Made by a program: the position numbers and the translations under genes
Shown here: positions 55,660 to 64,000 of the stretch, one piece after another
Layout of the letters: each line of letters opens with the position of its first letter
Numbering within the stretch: the stretch's first letter is position 1
Source: an uncultured bacterium
GTDB taxonomy: Bacteria; Abyssobacteria; SURF-5
Direction: 5' to 3'
NCBI GenBank assembly: GCA_964607485.1
Contig: CAZSKP010000001.1
Coordinates: 32,001-96,000, forward strand
Length of the DNA: 64,000 nt
Notes under the pieces: generated by a model
Seen by the model: only the letters and a program-made list of their open reading frames with translations
What the model was told of the DNA's origin: nothing
Database searches by the model: none

Positions 55660-57054
55660 TCAGCTATTCTGTCCGACCAACTCCCTCACGAACTCGTCGA
55701 AGACCTTGGCGTATTGCTCGACGTCGGCCCGCGTGCTGTCGGTGGAAACGAGCGCCATCTCGTGAACCGGCGTGAGCATGATGCCTCGATTCATGAAGTA
55801 TATGTGAGAGAGCGCCTCGACGGGCCCGGTCAAGGTCTGCGTGATGTCTTCGGCGTCCATGGTGAGCAGAGCTTCGCCACCGTTCTTGGGGGGTTCCGGG
55901 GTGAAGCGGAATTCCACTCTGCAGCCGACGCGGCCCACGTACCACGGCAGGTCCACGGACTGTATGGATTCGATCATGCTCTTCTGCAGCCATTCGGCCA
56001 GCGCAATCGTGTGCCCGTACACTTCCTCGGTCATGAGGTTTTCGAGCGTCGCTCTCATCGCGGCAATCGCCATGGGATTCCCCGACAATGTTCCTCCGAA
56101 GCCGAAGAAGTTCCCCCACGCCGGCCGGGCATTCAGCATCTCGCCGATTTCCTTGTTGACGCCTCCAACAGCGCCGGGGATGCCGCCGCCGAGAGGCTTC
56201 CCGAGCGTGAGCATGTCAGGCTCCAGCTTGAGAATTCCCGTGAGCCCTGCCGGGCCGGCGCAGATCGTATGCGTCTCGTCGATCAGCAACACCGTCCCGT
56301 AGCGGCGCGTCAATTCCCTCATCGCCTCGTGATAGCCGGGGTCGGGCTGTATTATTCCAATGTTGGTCATTGCCGGCTCGGTTATCATAATAGCGATATC
56401 TTGCGGCGCCAGCGCCTTTTCGAGGGCGTCCACGTCGTTGAATTCGACGATGCGCGTCACCTTCGAGGGGTCCTCAAACGCAGGCCCCATCTGAAGAGGC
56501 AGGTAGGTCGGATCCTCATCGAAACCGAGAAAGCACAGCGTCTCGTCCACGCTTCCGTGGTACGTGCCGTTCACCGTCAGGACCATCCTTCTGCCCGTGA
56601 ATTCGCGCGCCACCTTGATGAGCATTCGGTTCACGTCGCTCGCCGTCATGAAGACGTGCCAGTATGGAAGGCCGAAACGATTTGTCAACTCCTCCGCCAC
56701 GTAGATGGCGTCTTCTGTGGGAAGCATCGTCGTGATGCCCCGCTTGCTTATCTGCTCCATCACCGCCTTGATCACCGGCTCCGGCGAATGCCCGTACAAC
56801 GCCCCCGTGTCGCCCAGACACAGGTCGAGATACTCATGCCCGTCGACATCAGTCAGCCGAGACCCCCGTGCTTCCTTCACAAAGACGGGAAACGGCCCCA
56901 CCCAGATGCGCATCCAGCTCATCGGAACGCCGCCAAGCAGCGATTTCTTCGCTCTCTCGTGCAATTTTTTCGACTTCGGCCGCTCTGCGACGTACCGTTC
57001 GACCTCACGCTCCATCAGCGTCTCTACTCTTGCTTTGTCAATTTCCTGCACCAA
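55660..57054 (-). CDS. Class III PLP-dependent aminotransferase (GSA-aminomutase-like)
   Basis: DVDGHEYLD, YHG, TEP, LLIDETHT, TLGKPLGGG, GTLSGNP. Confidence 0.88.
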   Translation of the reverse strand: MVQEIDKARVETLMEREVERYVAERPKSKKLHERAKKSLLGGVPMSWMRIWVGPFPVFVKEARGSRLTDVDGHEYLDLCLGDTGALYGHSPEPVIKAVMEQISKRGITTMLPTEDAIYVAEELTNRFGLPYWHVFMTASDVNRMLIKVAREFTGRRMVLTVNGTYHGSVDETLCFLGFDEDPTYLPLQMGPAFEDPSKVTRIVEFNDVDALEKALAPQDIAIMITEPAMTNIGIIQPDPGYHEAMRELTRRYGTVLLIDETHTICAGPAGLTGILKLEPDMLTLGKPLGGGIPGAVGGVNKEIGEMLNARPAWGNFFGFGGTLSGNPMAIAAMRATLENLMTEEVYGHTIALAEWLQKSMIESIQSVDLPWYVGRVGCRVEFRFTPEPPKNGGEALLTMDAEDITQTLTGPVEALSHIYFMNRGIMLTPVHEMALVSTDSTRADVEQYAKVFDEFVRELVGQNS

Positions 57055-57200
57055 CGGAACAACCTCCTCTCAACTTTTCCCACTACCTCATGTCGAGCCT
57101 GCTCTGACCGACGCGGTCAGCAACCGATTGAACTGTGCTCGGCCCGGCCAGCTTCTCGGTAAAGTATACACCATCCGGGGCCATTCAACCAAGCATACTG

Positions 57201-57229
57201 TTGACAGGCTTCGCAAACAATCATATACT
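57201..57229 (+). promoter_or_regulatory. sigma70 promoter of the maturase-sulfatase pair
   Basis: TTGACA-N17-TATACT. Confidence 0.7.
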
Positions 57230-57318
57230 GCGAGTCAGTGATGCTCGAAGCTCAACGCCGGCCAAGCGGTGTTGTTCGAGCGAATCCGGGAACAGAAGAC
57301 AAATGCTGAAGAGAATCG

Positions 57319-58608
57319 ATGCCGACCGCTGACGCCCCGCCCGCTTTTCATGTGATGGCCAAGCCTCGGGGAGCCGTCTGCAACCTCGAGTGCCGGTACT
57401 GTTTCTTTCTCAAGAAAGAGAAGCTCTACCCGGGCAGCGATTTTCGGATGTCCGACGAGGTACTCGAAAGCTATATCCGCCAGATGCTCGAGGCGCATCA
57501 AGCACAGCGCGTGACCATCGCGTGGCAGGGTGGCGAGCCGACTCTCATGGGCCTCGATTTCTTTCGGAAATCCATTGAATACCAACGCAAATATCAGAAG
57601 CCCGGCACTGTTATCGAAAACACGATCCAGACTAACGGCGTTCTCATCGATGAAGAGTGGTGCCGGTTCCTCCACGAGCACACGTTTCTGGTCGGGCTCA
57701 GCCTCGATGGCCCCGAGGAATTGCACAACGCCTATCGAATGGACAAGGCCGGCCGGCCGGTTTTTGATAAGGTGATGCGGGCGGCTCGGCTGATGCAGCA
57801 GCACGAGGTGGAATTCAACATCCTGGCGACCGTCAACGCCGCCAATGCCGACCATCCTCTGGAGGTGTACCGGTTTTTTCGCGACGTGGTCGGAGCACGG
57901 TTCATTCAGTTCATACCCATTGTCGAGCGCGACAACGAGTCGGGCTTCGTCGAGGGGAACGCGGTCACGGAACGCTCCGTGAAGCCGGAGCAATACGGTC
58001 GTTTTCTCATCGCTATCTTTGACGAATGGGTACGACGAGACGTCGGCCGCATGTTTGTCAATCACTTCGACGCGGCGCTGGCCTCGTGGGCGGGAGCGCC
58101 TCCTGCGACGTGCGTCACCGCGCCCACGTGCGGTTTTGCGATGGTGCTGGAGCACAACGGCGATCTCTACTCGTGCGACCATTTCGTCGAGCCGAAGTAC
58201 CTTTTGGGCAACATCGTCGAACAACCCCTGACTGAACTTGCGACGTCTGAGAAGCAGCGCACATTCGGCCGGGACAAGCGGGACACGCTGCCCCGCCACT
58301 GCCGCGATTGCGAGTTTCTTTTCGCGTGTCATGGCGAGTGTCCGAAGAATCGACTCCTGGAAACGCCGGATGGCGAGCCGGGCCTCAACTATCTCTGTGC
58401 CGGTTTGAAATTGCTTTTCGCTCATATCGACCGGCCCATGAAGATCATGACGGAACTCTTGCGGAGGAGGCAGCCGCCTGCGGAAATCATGCGCATCCTT
58501 GCGGGGGAGGAGGCCCAGCTGAAGCGCGCCCTCGCAGCGGCGAAGCGGAACGACCCATGCCCGTGCGGAAGTGGACTCAAATTCAAGCGCTGCCACGGAA
58601 AGGGCTGA
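57319..58608 (+). CDS. Anaerobic sulfatase-maturating enzyme (radical SAM/SPASM) with C-terminal SEC-C motif
   Basis: CNLECRYCF, WQGGEPTL, YSCDHFV, CRDC...CHGECPK...LC, RNDPCPCGSGLKFKRCHG. Confidence 0.93.
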   Translation: MPTADAPPAFHVMAKPRGAVCNLECRYCFFLKKEKLYPGSDFRMSDEVLESYIRQMLEAHQAQRVTIAWQGGEPTLMGLDFFRKSIEYQRKYQKPGTVIENTIQTNGVLIDEEWCRFLHEHTFLVGLSLDGPEELHNAYRMDKAGRPVFDKVMRAARLMQQHEVEFNILATVNAANADHPLEVYRFFRDVVGARFIQFIPIVERDNESGFVEGNAVTERSVKPEQYGRFLIAIFDEWVRRDVGRMFVNHFDAALASWAGAPPATCVTAPTCGFAMVLEHNGDLYSCDHFVEPKYLLGNIVEQPLTELATSEKQRTFGRDKRDTLPRHCRDCEFLFACHGECPKNRLLETPDGEPGLNYLCAGLKLLFAHIDRPMKIMTELLRRRQPPAEIMRILAGEEAQLKRALAAAKRNDPCPCGSGLKFKRCHGKG

Positions 58609-58639
58609 TGCAGGCGACATGCCGGACGGAGGAGAGGAA

Positions 58640-60013
58640 ATGAAAAAAGATTCCAAGCGCCCCAACATCGTCTATTTCCTGTGCGACAACCTCGGTTTCG
58701 GAGAGCTGGGGTGTTACGGCGGCGGGATTCTGCGGGGGGTCGAGACGAAACGTCTTGACCAATTCGCCGATGAAGGGCTCAAGCTGCTCAACTTCGCGCC
58801 CGAGGCGCAGTGCACGCCCACCCGTTCCGCGCTGATGACGGGCCGCTACGCCATTCGCTCCGGCACGCATACCGTTGCGCTGGCGGGTTCCGGCGGAGGC
58901 ATCGTGGCATGGGAGCGGACGATGGGCGACATCTTGGCGGAGGCGGGTTACGCCACCGCGATCTACGGCAAATGGCACATCGGGACGGAAAAGGGGCGCT
59001 GGCCGACCGACCACGGCTTCGATGAGTGGTACGGCATACCGCGCAGCTACGACGAGTGTCTCTGGCCGGACGACCCGTGGTACGACCCCAACCGCGACCC
59101 CGCCTCGCATGTGCTCGAATGCCGAAAGGGCGAGGACGTGCAGGCGGTGAAGCAACAGACTCTTGAGGTCCGGCGCAACATCGACGTCGAATACATGGAG
59201 CGGGCAAAGAAATTCCTCAAGCGGAGCGTGAAGGCAAGCACGCCGTTCTTCCTCTATTTCAACCACTCGATGCTTCACCTGCCGACTGTGCCGCGAGACG
59301 AATTCAAGGGGAAGACCGGCAACGACGACTATGCCGACTCTACGCTGGAGCTCGACTCGGACTTCGGCGTCCTGCTCGACTATCTCGACGAGCTGGGAGT
59401 CGCCGACAATACCATCGTCGTCTTCTCGGGAGACAACGGCCCCGAGGAGCTGGAGCCGTGGCGGGGCACTTCGGGATTTTTCGAGGGCTCATATTTCACG
59501 GGAATGGAGGGCTCGCTGCGGACGCCATGCCTCGTTCGTTACCCGGGCAGAGTGCCGGCAGGCCGCCAGAGCAACGAGATCGTTCACATCACCGATATGT
59601 TTACCACGCTGCTGAGATGGGCCGGCTGCGAGATACCGTCCGACCGCGCCATCGACGGCATCGACCAGCGGGCGTTCTTCGAGGGCAGGCAGGAGAATTC
59701 AAGTCGGGAGGGGTTCCCCTTCTGGAACGGGCCGACGCTTTACGGAGTCAAGTGGCGCAACTTCAAGGCCAAGATGATGGAGCAGCGGTACTACACCGAC
59801 CCGGCCCTTCCGATTCCCAACCCGAATCTGGTGAACCTGACCGTTGACCCGAAGGAGCGAAAGCCGCTCAACTATCCGCACCTGCACTCGTGGGTGGGTT
59901 TCCACATGATGCTCATCCTCATGCAATTTCAGGAGAGCGTGCAGAGGGAGCCGCTCATCCCGCCCGGAGCGCCCGTGGACTATGTGCCCAGGCCGCCGAA
60001 ATCGACGCAATGA
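58640..60013 (+). CDS. Arylsulfatase (Cys-type)
   Basis: PNIVYFLCDNLG, CTPTRSALMTGR, GKWHIG, GDNG, EGSLRTP; start ATG 58640; no signal peptide. Confidence 0.92.
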   Translation: MKKDSKRPNIVYFLCDNLGFGELGCYGGGILRGVETKRLDQFADEGLKLLNFAPEAQCTPTRSALMTGRYAIRSGTHTVALAGSGGGIVAWERTMGDILAEAGYATAIYGKWHIGTEKGRWPTDHGFDEWYGIPRSYDECLWPDDPWYDPNRDPASHVLECRKGEDVQAVKQQTLEVRRNIDVEYMERAKKFLKRSVKASTPFFLYFNHSMLHLPTVPRDEFKGKTGNDDYADSTLELDSDFGVLLDYLDELGVADNTIVVFSGDNGPEELEPWRGTSGFFEGSYFTGMEGSLRTPCLVRYPGRVPAGRQSNEIVHITDMFTTLLRWAGCEIPSDRAIDGIDQRAFFEGRQENSSREGFPFWNGPTLYGVKWRNFKAKMMEQRYYTDPALPIPNPNLVNLTVDPKERKPLNYPHLHSWVGFHMMLILMQFQESVQREPLIPPGAPVDYVPRPPKSTQ

Positions 60014-60205
60014 GGCATTTCGCAGGTTTTACTATTTCGGCTCTTGGCAAGGTGCAGAATAGAAAACGTTACCTGCATTTCACTGGAAACGGAAACAACT
60101 GAAGAATCCCGGCGTAACCTTATAATATTTGCTTCGGCAGTTATTTTTCGCCTCCTTCAGAACGGCACCCTCGTCTGAAAGGTATGCGTGCTCGCTGCTG
60201 ACAGC

Positions 60206-61324
60206 TTACCTTTTGGCGCCGGCTGCCGCCAGCAATCTCACAATATCGGTGTGGTTCCCGTATGCGGCGTACTTCATCGCGGTATTGCCATTCTCGGTCT
60301 GCAATGTGTAATCGGCCCCCCTCGCAAGCAATTCATCGACCACATCGGCGTGGCCGTTGACGGCCGCCATCATCAGGGCCGTATTACCGTACATGTCCCG
60401 AGCGTTCAGAGAGGCGCCTCTGTCCAACAGGGCAGTCGCGACTTCGATATCGCCCGTTTGCGCAGCCTGCATCAGCGCCGTCCAATTTCTCAAGTTTGTC
60501 GCATTCACGTCGGCCCCGTTCTCCAGCAAGAGCAGAGCGGTCTCGGTACGACCTTTTTGAGTCGCTTCCATTACGGCGGTCCAATTCGCCTGTCTCGGAT
60601 TTGTTGCATTTGCTGACGCTCCTTTGTCAAGCAGCATTCTTATGATTTCGGTTCGGCCCCACTGGGATGCGACCATGACGAGGCCGTTCATATATTTCGT
60701 ATCTTCCGTAAGCTGAGGAGCTTCTTCCAACAGAGTTCTGACTGTTTCGGTGCGTCCCGCGCGCACTGCGAGCCCGCAGGCCGACCAGCCGCCGCTTTTC
60801 TGGCGGGGGTCGGCGCCGTCTTTCAACAACGCCTTCACTTTTTCCGTGTCACCTGCCTCCGCGGCTTTCATCAAGGGCGTTCGAGGCGAGGAATCCATTC
60901 CCCGGAATCCTCTGCTCCGCATAACGTAGTGTCTCCTCCCGGACAGTGTGGGAAACAGTTCCAGCGTGGACCCATACCAGGCGTGTGTCAACGTCGGCGT
61001 ACCGACCGCAAGCAGACCAACGACAAGCGAGCAGCCGGCGAGAGTCTTGCTCGCTCGCATCGCGTATGCCGCGATGAGGGCGGTCAGGCACAGCAGTATG
61101 GCGGCAATCCCCAGGAAGTAGGTAAGGATGTTGGCCGCTGAGAAGAGCGAACCGATCAACTCCAGGGGGATGTAAAGTCTTCGCAAACTCGGGCCGAATA
61201 CCGCCACGCCAAGGAGCGGGACCGCGGCGCACCCGAGCGCAAGTAACCCGAAGACCAATCCAACGGCGCTGAGAGCGGTCACCAGATCGGACCTCTTCGC
61301 GGGGACCTTTTGAGCTTCATTCAT
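60206..61324 (-). CDS. Membrane protein with C-terminal ankyrin repeats
   Basis: Three hydrophobic segments, then about 7 ankyrin repeats (TPLMKAA..G, TALMQAA..G, LL..GA.VN). Confidence 0.88.
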   Translation of the reverse strand: MNEAQKVPAKRSDLVTALSAVGLVFGLLALGCAAVPLLGVAVFGPSLRRLYIPLELIGSLFSAANILTYFLGIAAILLCLTALIAAYAMRASKTLAGCSLVVGLLAVGTPTLTHAWYGSTLELFPTLSGRRHYVMRSRGFRGMDSSPRTPLMKAAEAGDTEKVKALLKDGADPRQKSGGWSACGLAVRAGRTETVRTLLEEAPQLTEDTKYMNGLVMVASQWGRTEIIRMLLDKGASANATNPRQANWTAVMEATQKGRTETALLLLENGADVNATNLRNWTALMQAAQTGDIEVATALLDRGASLNARDMYGNTALMMAAVNGHADVVDELLARGADYTLQTENGNTAMKYAAYGNHTDIVRLLAAAGAKR

Positions 61325-63711
61325 GATTTGTTTTCTCCCTCGCTTGCCGAGGGCGCCGATACCGCATCCGCGCTCGGAGGGTCAGTGGTCAAGTTCTTTT
61401 GGAGAAATTTCGATCCGATTGAGAACTTGGAGAAGTGCTTGATCTCGACGGTGATTTCGTTGTGGTCGGGATCGACAGTACCGCCGAGCGGCACCCATAC
61501 GGGGTGTTCGGGGTTGGACTCGTCGTAGTAGTAGATTTCGAGCATGCCCTCGTCGAGGCCGGTCACTTCTTCGTCGGTGTATCGAATCGTGAGCGTCATT
61601 GGCTCGATGAATTTCGGCTTCTCGACTCCTTCGGCGTCCAGCAGGCGCAGAGCGACTACCTGTTGTTCTCCTTCTTCCAGCTCAGCTTCTTCACCAACGG
61701 AAAGCGGCGTGCTGATTTTCACTTTGAAGTTTTCTTGCAGCGTGCCGGGCGGGACAATCAAGTTGGTGCCGCTGTTGTCGATCAACACGCCGCCGAGGTC
61801 CATATCCATGTCGGCCTCGATATCGAAACTGACAATTCTCAATTCGTATACCGGGTCCTGGTACTGGGTGTACACGAGCCGGTTGCCCTCCGGCGAGAGC
61901 CGCAAAAAGAGCTGGTTGCCGGGCAGGTGTATCTGCGTGTAGCGGCTCGGCTGGTCGGGACGGGCGTCGGCGTAGAACATGTCGAAATCGCACTCGTACA
62001 TATAGGTCGGGTTTATGGCTTTCCACGCCCCGTTGACGTCTTCCGCGAAGAACGCGAGGGATTCGTCGAACGAGAAGTTGCTGGGCAACTGCGGGTTTCG
62101 CGACGGGGCCACCTTCTTGAGCCGCGGGTCCTTGGGCGAGCGAGGCGGCTCGGCGAATCCATCGAGAATGTCCTCGACGTCATACAGGATGTAGGTATTC
62201 AGATGGTCGAAATCGAGGTCTTCCGCGGCTGTGAAGAGCACCATGCTCCCGGAATACGACCAGCCGCCGCCCATGACAAAGAATTCTCTTGGGTTGAAAT
62301 TCGTGAGGAACAGCCCCGGCGCCGTCGGCACCGACTGTCCATCCTGTTCGATGGGAATGTATGCGAGGTTGCCCCAATTTGCGCAGAGCATTGCATCGCC
62401 CCATGGGAGCTTCAATATCCACGGCGAGAGTGTCTTGCCCACTGGGAGCGGAAGAAACATGGGGATATCGTGAAACGGGCTGTCGAACTCCCGGATGGGT
62501 CCCTCGACGGGGTCTATGGGAGCTATCTTTATGTGATACGGTCCGCTCCACCACCAGTTCCAGCCCCATTTGTTGAAGTCCATGTGGTCGGCGACCATGA
62601 AGAGAACATGGCGGTTGTCGGGAGCCCACGTGATGGGGAAGAACGGCAGCACCGTGTCATACTCCTGCGAGATGTCCCATGGGTTGTTCGGGTCGTCGAG
62701 GCGCACGACTCGCACGCGCGCCGGCCACGAGACCGTCGAGGCCTCGATGAAGGCTATCATCGAGCCGTCGTGAGACCAGACTGGGCAGCTCGCGGCATAA
62801 TAGGGCGTCAGGGGAACGGCCTTCTGCTTTCCGATTGATATGGTGCGGTTGGACGGCGCAAAGAGCTTCTCGTAATAGTTCGCGGCGACATCCGCCGGCA
62901 TCGCCTGCGCGAGATTGAGAAAGTCTCCCCGCGTGAACGATGTGAATTGCCAGCCGGCTCCGGCCGCATGCGAGCTCCGAGGGTCATTCAGCAAGGTCGC
63001 GCTCGCTTTTTCCGCTTGCGCCGCGGCGCGAGATACATAAGTTGATATCATCTTATCGAAGCGTTCGCGTATGCGCTCGAGCGTCGAAGCTTTTGCGACG
63101 GCAAACGGATTATGCGGCTCCACCGCGGCGAAGTGAACCGTATCCCCTCTCAGTATCGCCTGGTGAGCGAAAGCCAGATTGTGTTCGGCGCCGCTTTGCG
63201 TGTTCAGCTCGATGTTTCCGGATATGCAGGTAACGGTAGAGGAGTCTTCGTTGACGGAAACGTTGAAGACCGACCTTCCAGCCGTCAGCACACTGGTTCC
63301 GACGGAGACTCTCAGCGGGTCGTCCATTTCTGCAACTGCGACCGTGACGTTCCCGTCCACGACCGACAAGCGGCGAGCGCCCATGATTTCTATTTCTGAC
63401 GCGCCATCGGCAAGCAGCCTCAGGCCATCGAAAGACATAAACGATTGGCGCGATTCCGGCGTTTCAATCCTCATTCCCTTTGTCAAACGCTGTCCGCTCC
63501 TGAGCGGCCGCCAATCACCTCCGGCAGGCTTGGCCTGAATGGCCTCGGAACCTCGAATGAGTACGCCGGTGAGCTGATAGGAGAACGTCCTGCTGAAGTA
63601 GAAGTGGAGGAACAGGCATGCGGAGATGACAAGCAAGATCAGACATGCACCCACACCAATCAGCAGCTTCTTCAGAATCTTGCCTGAACGGTTCGCAGCC
63701 TTCATGGTCAT
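61321..63711 (-). CDS. Membrane-anchored protein: FecR-like N-terminal domain, TolB/PD40-like propeller, C-terminal ZU5-like domain
   Basis: N-terminal TM; W.PL..G..L..G..I.T FecR-like start; PVWSHDGS, ITWAPDN, LSPEGN propeller motifs; LIVPPGTL...LTIRY...IYYYDE...W.PL...HFS. Confidence 0.65.
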   Translation of the reverse strand: MTMKAANRSGKILKKLLIGVGACLILLVISACLFLHFYFSRTFSYQLTGVLIRGSEAIQAKPAGGDWRPLRSGQRLTKGMRIETPESRQSFMSFDGLRLLADGASEIEIMGARRLSVVDGNVTVAVAEMDDPLRVSVGTSVLTAGRSVFNVSVNEDSSTVTCISGNIELNTQSGAEHNLAFAHQAILRGDTVHFAAVEPHNPFAVAKASTLERIRERFDKMISTYVSRAAAQAEKASATLLNDPRSSHAAGAGWQFTSFTRGDFLNLAQAMPADVAANYYEKLFAPSNRTISIGKQKAVPLTPYYAASCPVWSHDGSMIAFIEASTVSWPARVRVVRLDDPNNPWDISQEYDTVLPFFPITWAPDNRHVLFMVADHMDFNKWGWNWWWSGPYHIKIAPIDPVEGPIREFDSPFHDIPMFLPLPVGKTLSPWILKLPWGDAMLCANWGNLAYIPIEQDGQSVPTAPGLFLTNFNPREFFVMGGGWSYSGSMVLFTAAEDLDFDHLNTYILYDVEDILDGFAEPPRSPKDPRLKKVAPSRNPQLPSNFSFDESLAFFAEDVNGAWKAINPTYMYECDFDMFYADARPDQPSRYTQIHLPGNQLFLRLSPEGNRLVYTQYQDPVYELRIVSFDIEADMDMDLGGVLIDNSGTNLIVPPGTLQENFKVKISTPLSVGEEAELEEGEQQVVALRLLDAEGVEKPKFIEPMTLTIRYTDEEVTGLDEGMLEIYYYDESNPEHPVWVPLGGTVDPDHNEITVEIKHFSKFSIGSKFLQKNLTTDPPSADAVSAPSASEGENKS

Positions 63712-63846
63712 TCCCCCCTCCTGGAATGCACAATGTGCTGGTCTGAGTGCTCAGTTGTGGTTGTTTAGCAGGCTCTCTTCGGCAGTGTATCTCCTTGTTG
63801 GCAGGTTGTCCGTTGATTCTTGTACGAAAATCTGTATAGTATGGAG

Positions 63847-63875
63847 AGAATATCACTTCTGTTAATCTCTGTCAA
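63847..63875 (-). promoter_or_regulatory. sigma70 promoter of the FecR-like/ankyrin pair
   Basis: On - strand TTGACA-N17-TATTCT. Confidence 0.6.
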
Positions 63876-64000
63876 GACTGCCTTTGGCTCGCTCTCCAAT
63901 GAGAAGTCCGGCCGAATCTTATCCCGCCTCTCCACCCTGCAATAGGAATGCTCTCACCATGGGCGCGCGCCCACAGTGGTTTTGAAGCTGGAGAGAAAGC

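Noticed and set aside
55660-57054. Calling the aminotransferase hemL
   Set aside because: Only general class III motifs are visible and there is no tetrapyrrole context, so the symbol was withheld.

Overview
High-GC bacterial DNA, apparently from an anaerobe with an outer membrane. The centre of the window (about 5.2-45.2 kb) reads as one sigma54 regulon: four -24/-12 promoters are served by three copies of the same 37-38 bp inverted-repeat enhancer-like element. These promoters precede (i) a pseudo-receiver diguanylate cyclase, (ii) a trimeric [FeFe]-hydrogenase operon (hydC, a NuoF/HydB-GltD fusion, hydA, RR, HK, hydG, orf, DcaP-like porin, aspA, hydF, hydE), (iii) an acetate/acyl-CoA cluster (REC-CBS, acs, OFA-type MFS, ADP-forming ligase, CoA-transferase-GNAT) and (iv) a 14 kb signalling/transport cassette. 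That cassette has three Cache histidine kinases, eight receiver domains with no DNA-binding output, two atypical DASS/SLC13 transporters (one fused to a receiver) and a tandem DsrC/TusE-like protein. No sigma54 activator is encoded in the window. The left flank carries a B12-type radical SAM gene (truncated by the window edge), a TSP3/NHL surface protein and an Rrf2 regulator. The right flank carries YihY, two sulfatases with an anaerobic maturase, a TAXI-TRAP transporter, a hydrolase, YbjQ, a methyltransferase, a class III aminotransferase, an ankyrin protein and a FecR/propeller/ZU5-like protein. I recognised no rRNA, tRNA, CRISPR array or mobile element. All family calls come from reading motifs, not from database searches.
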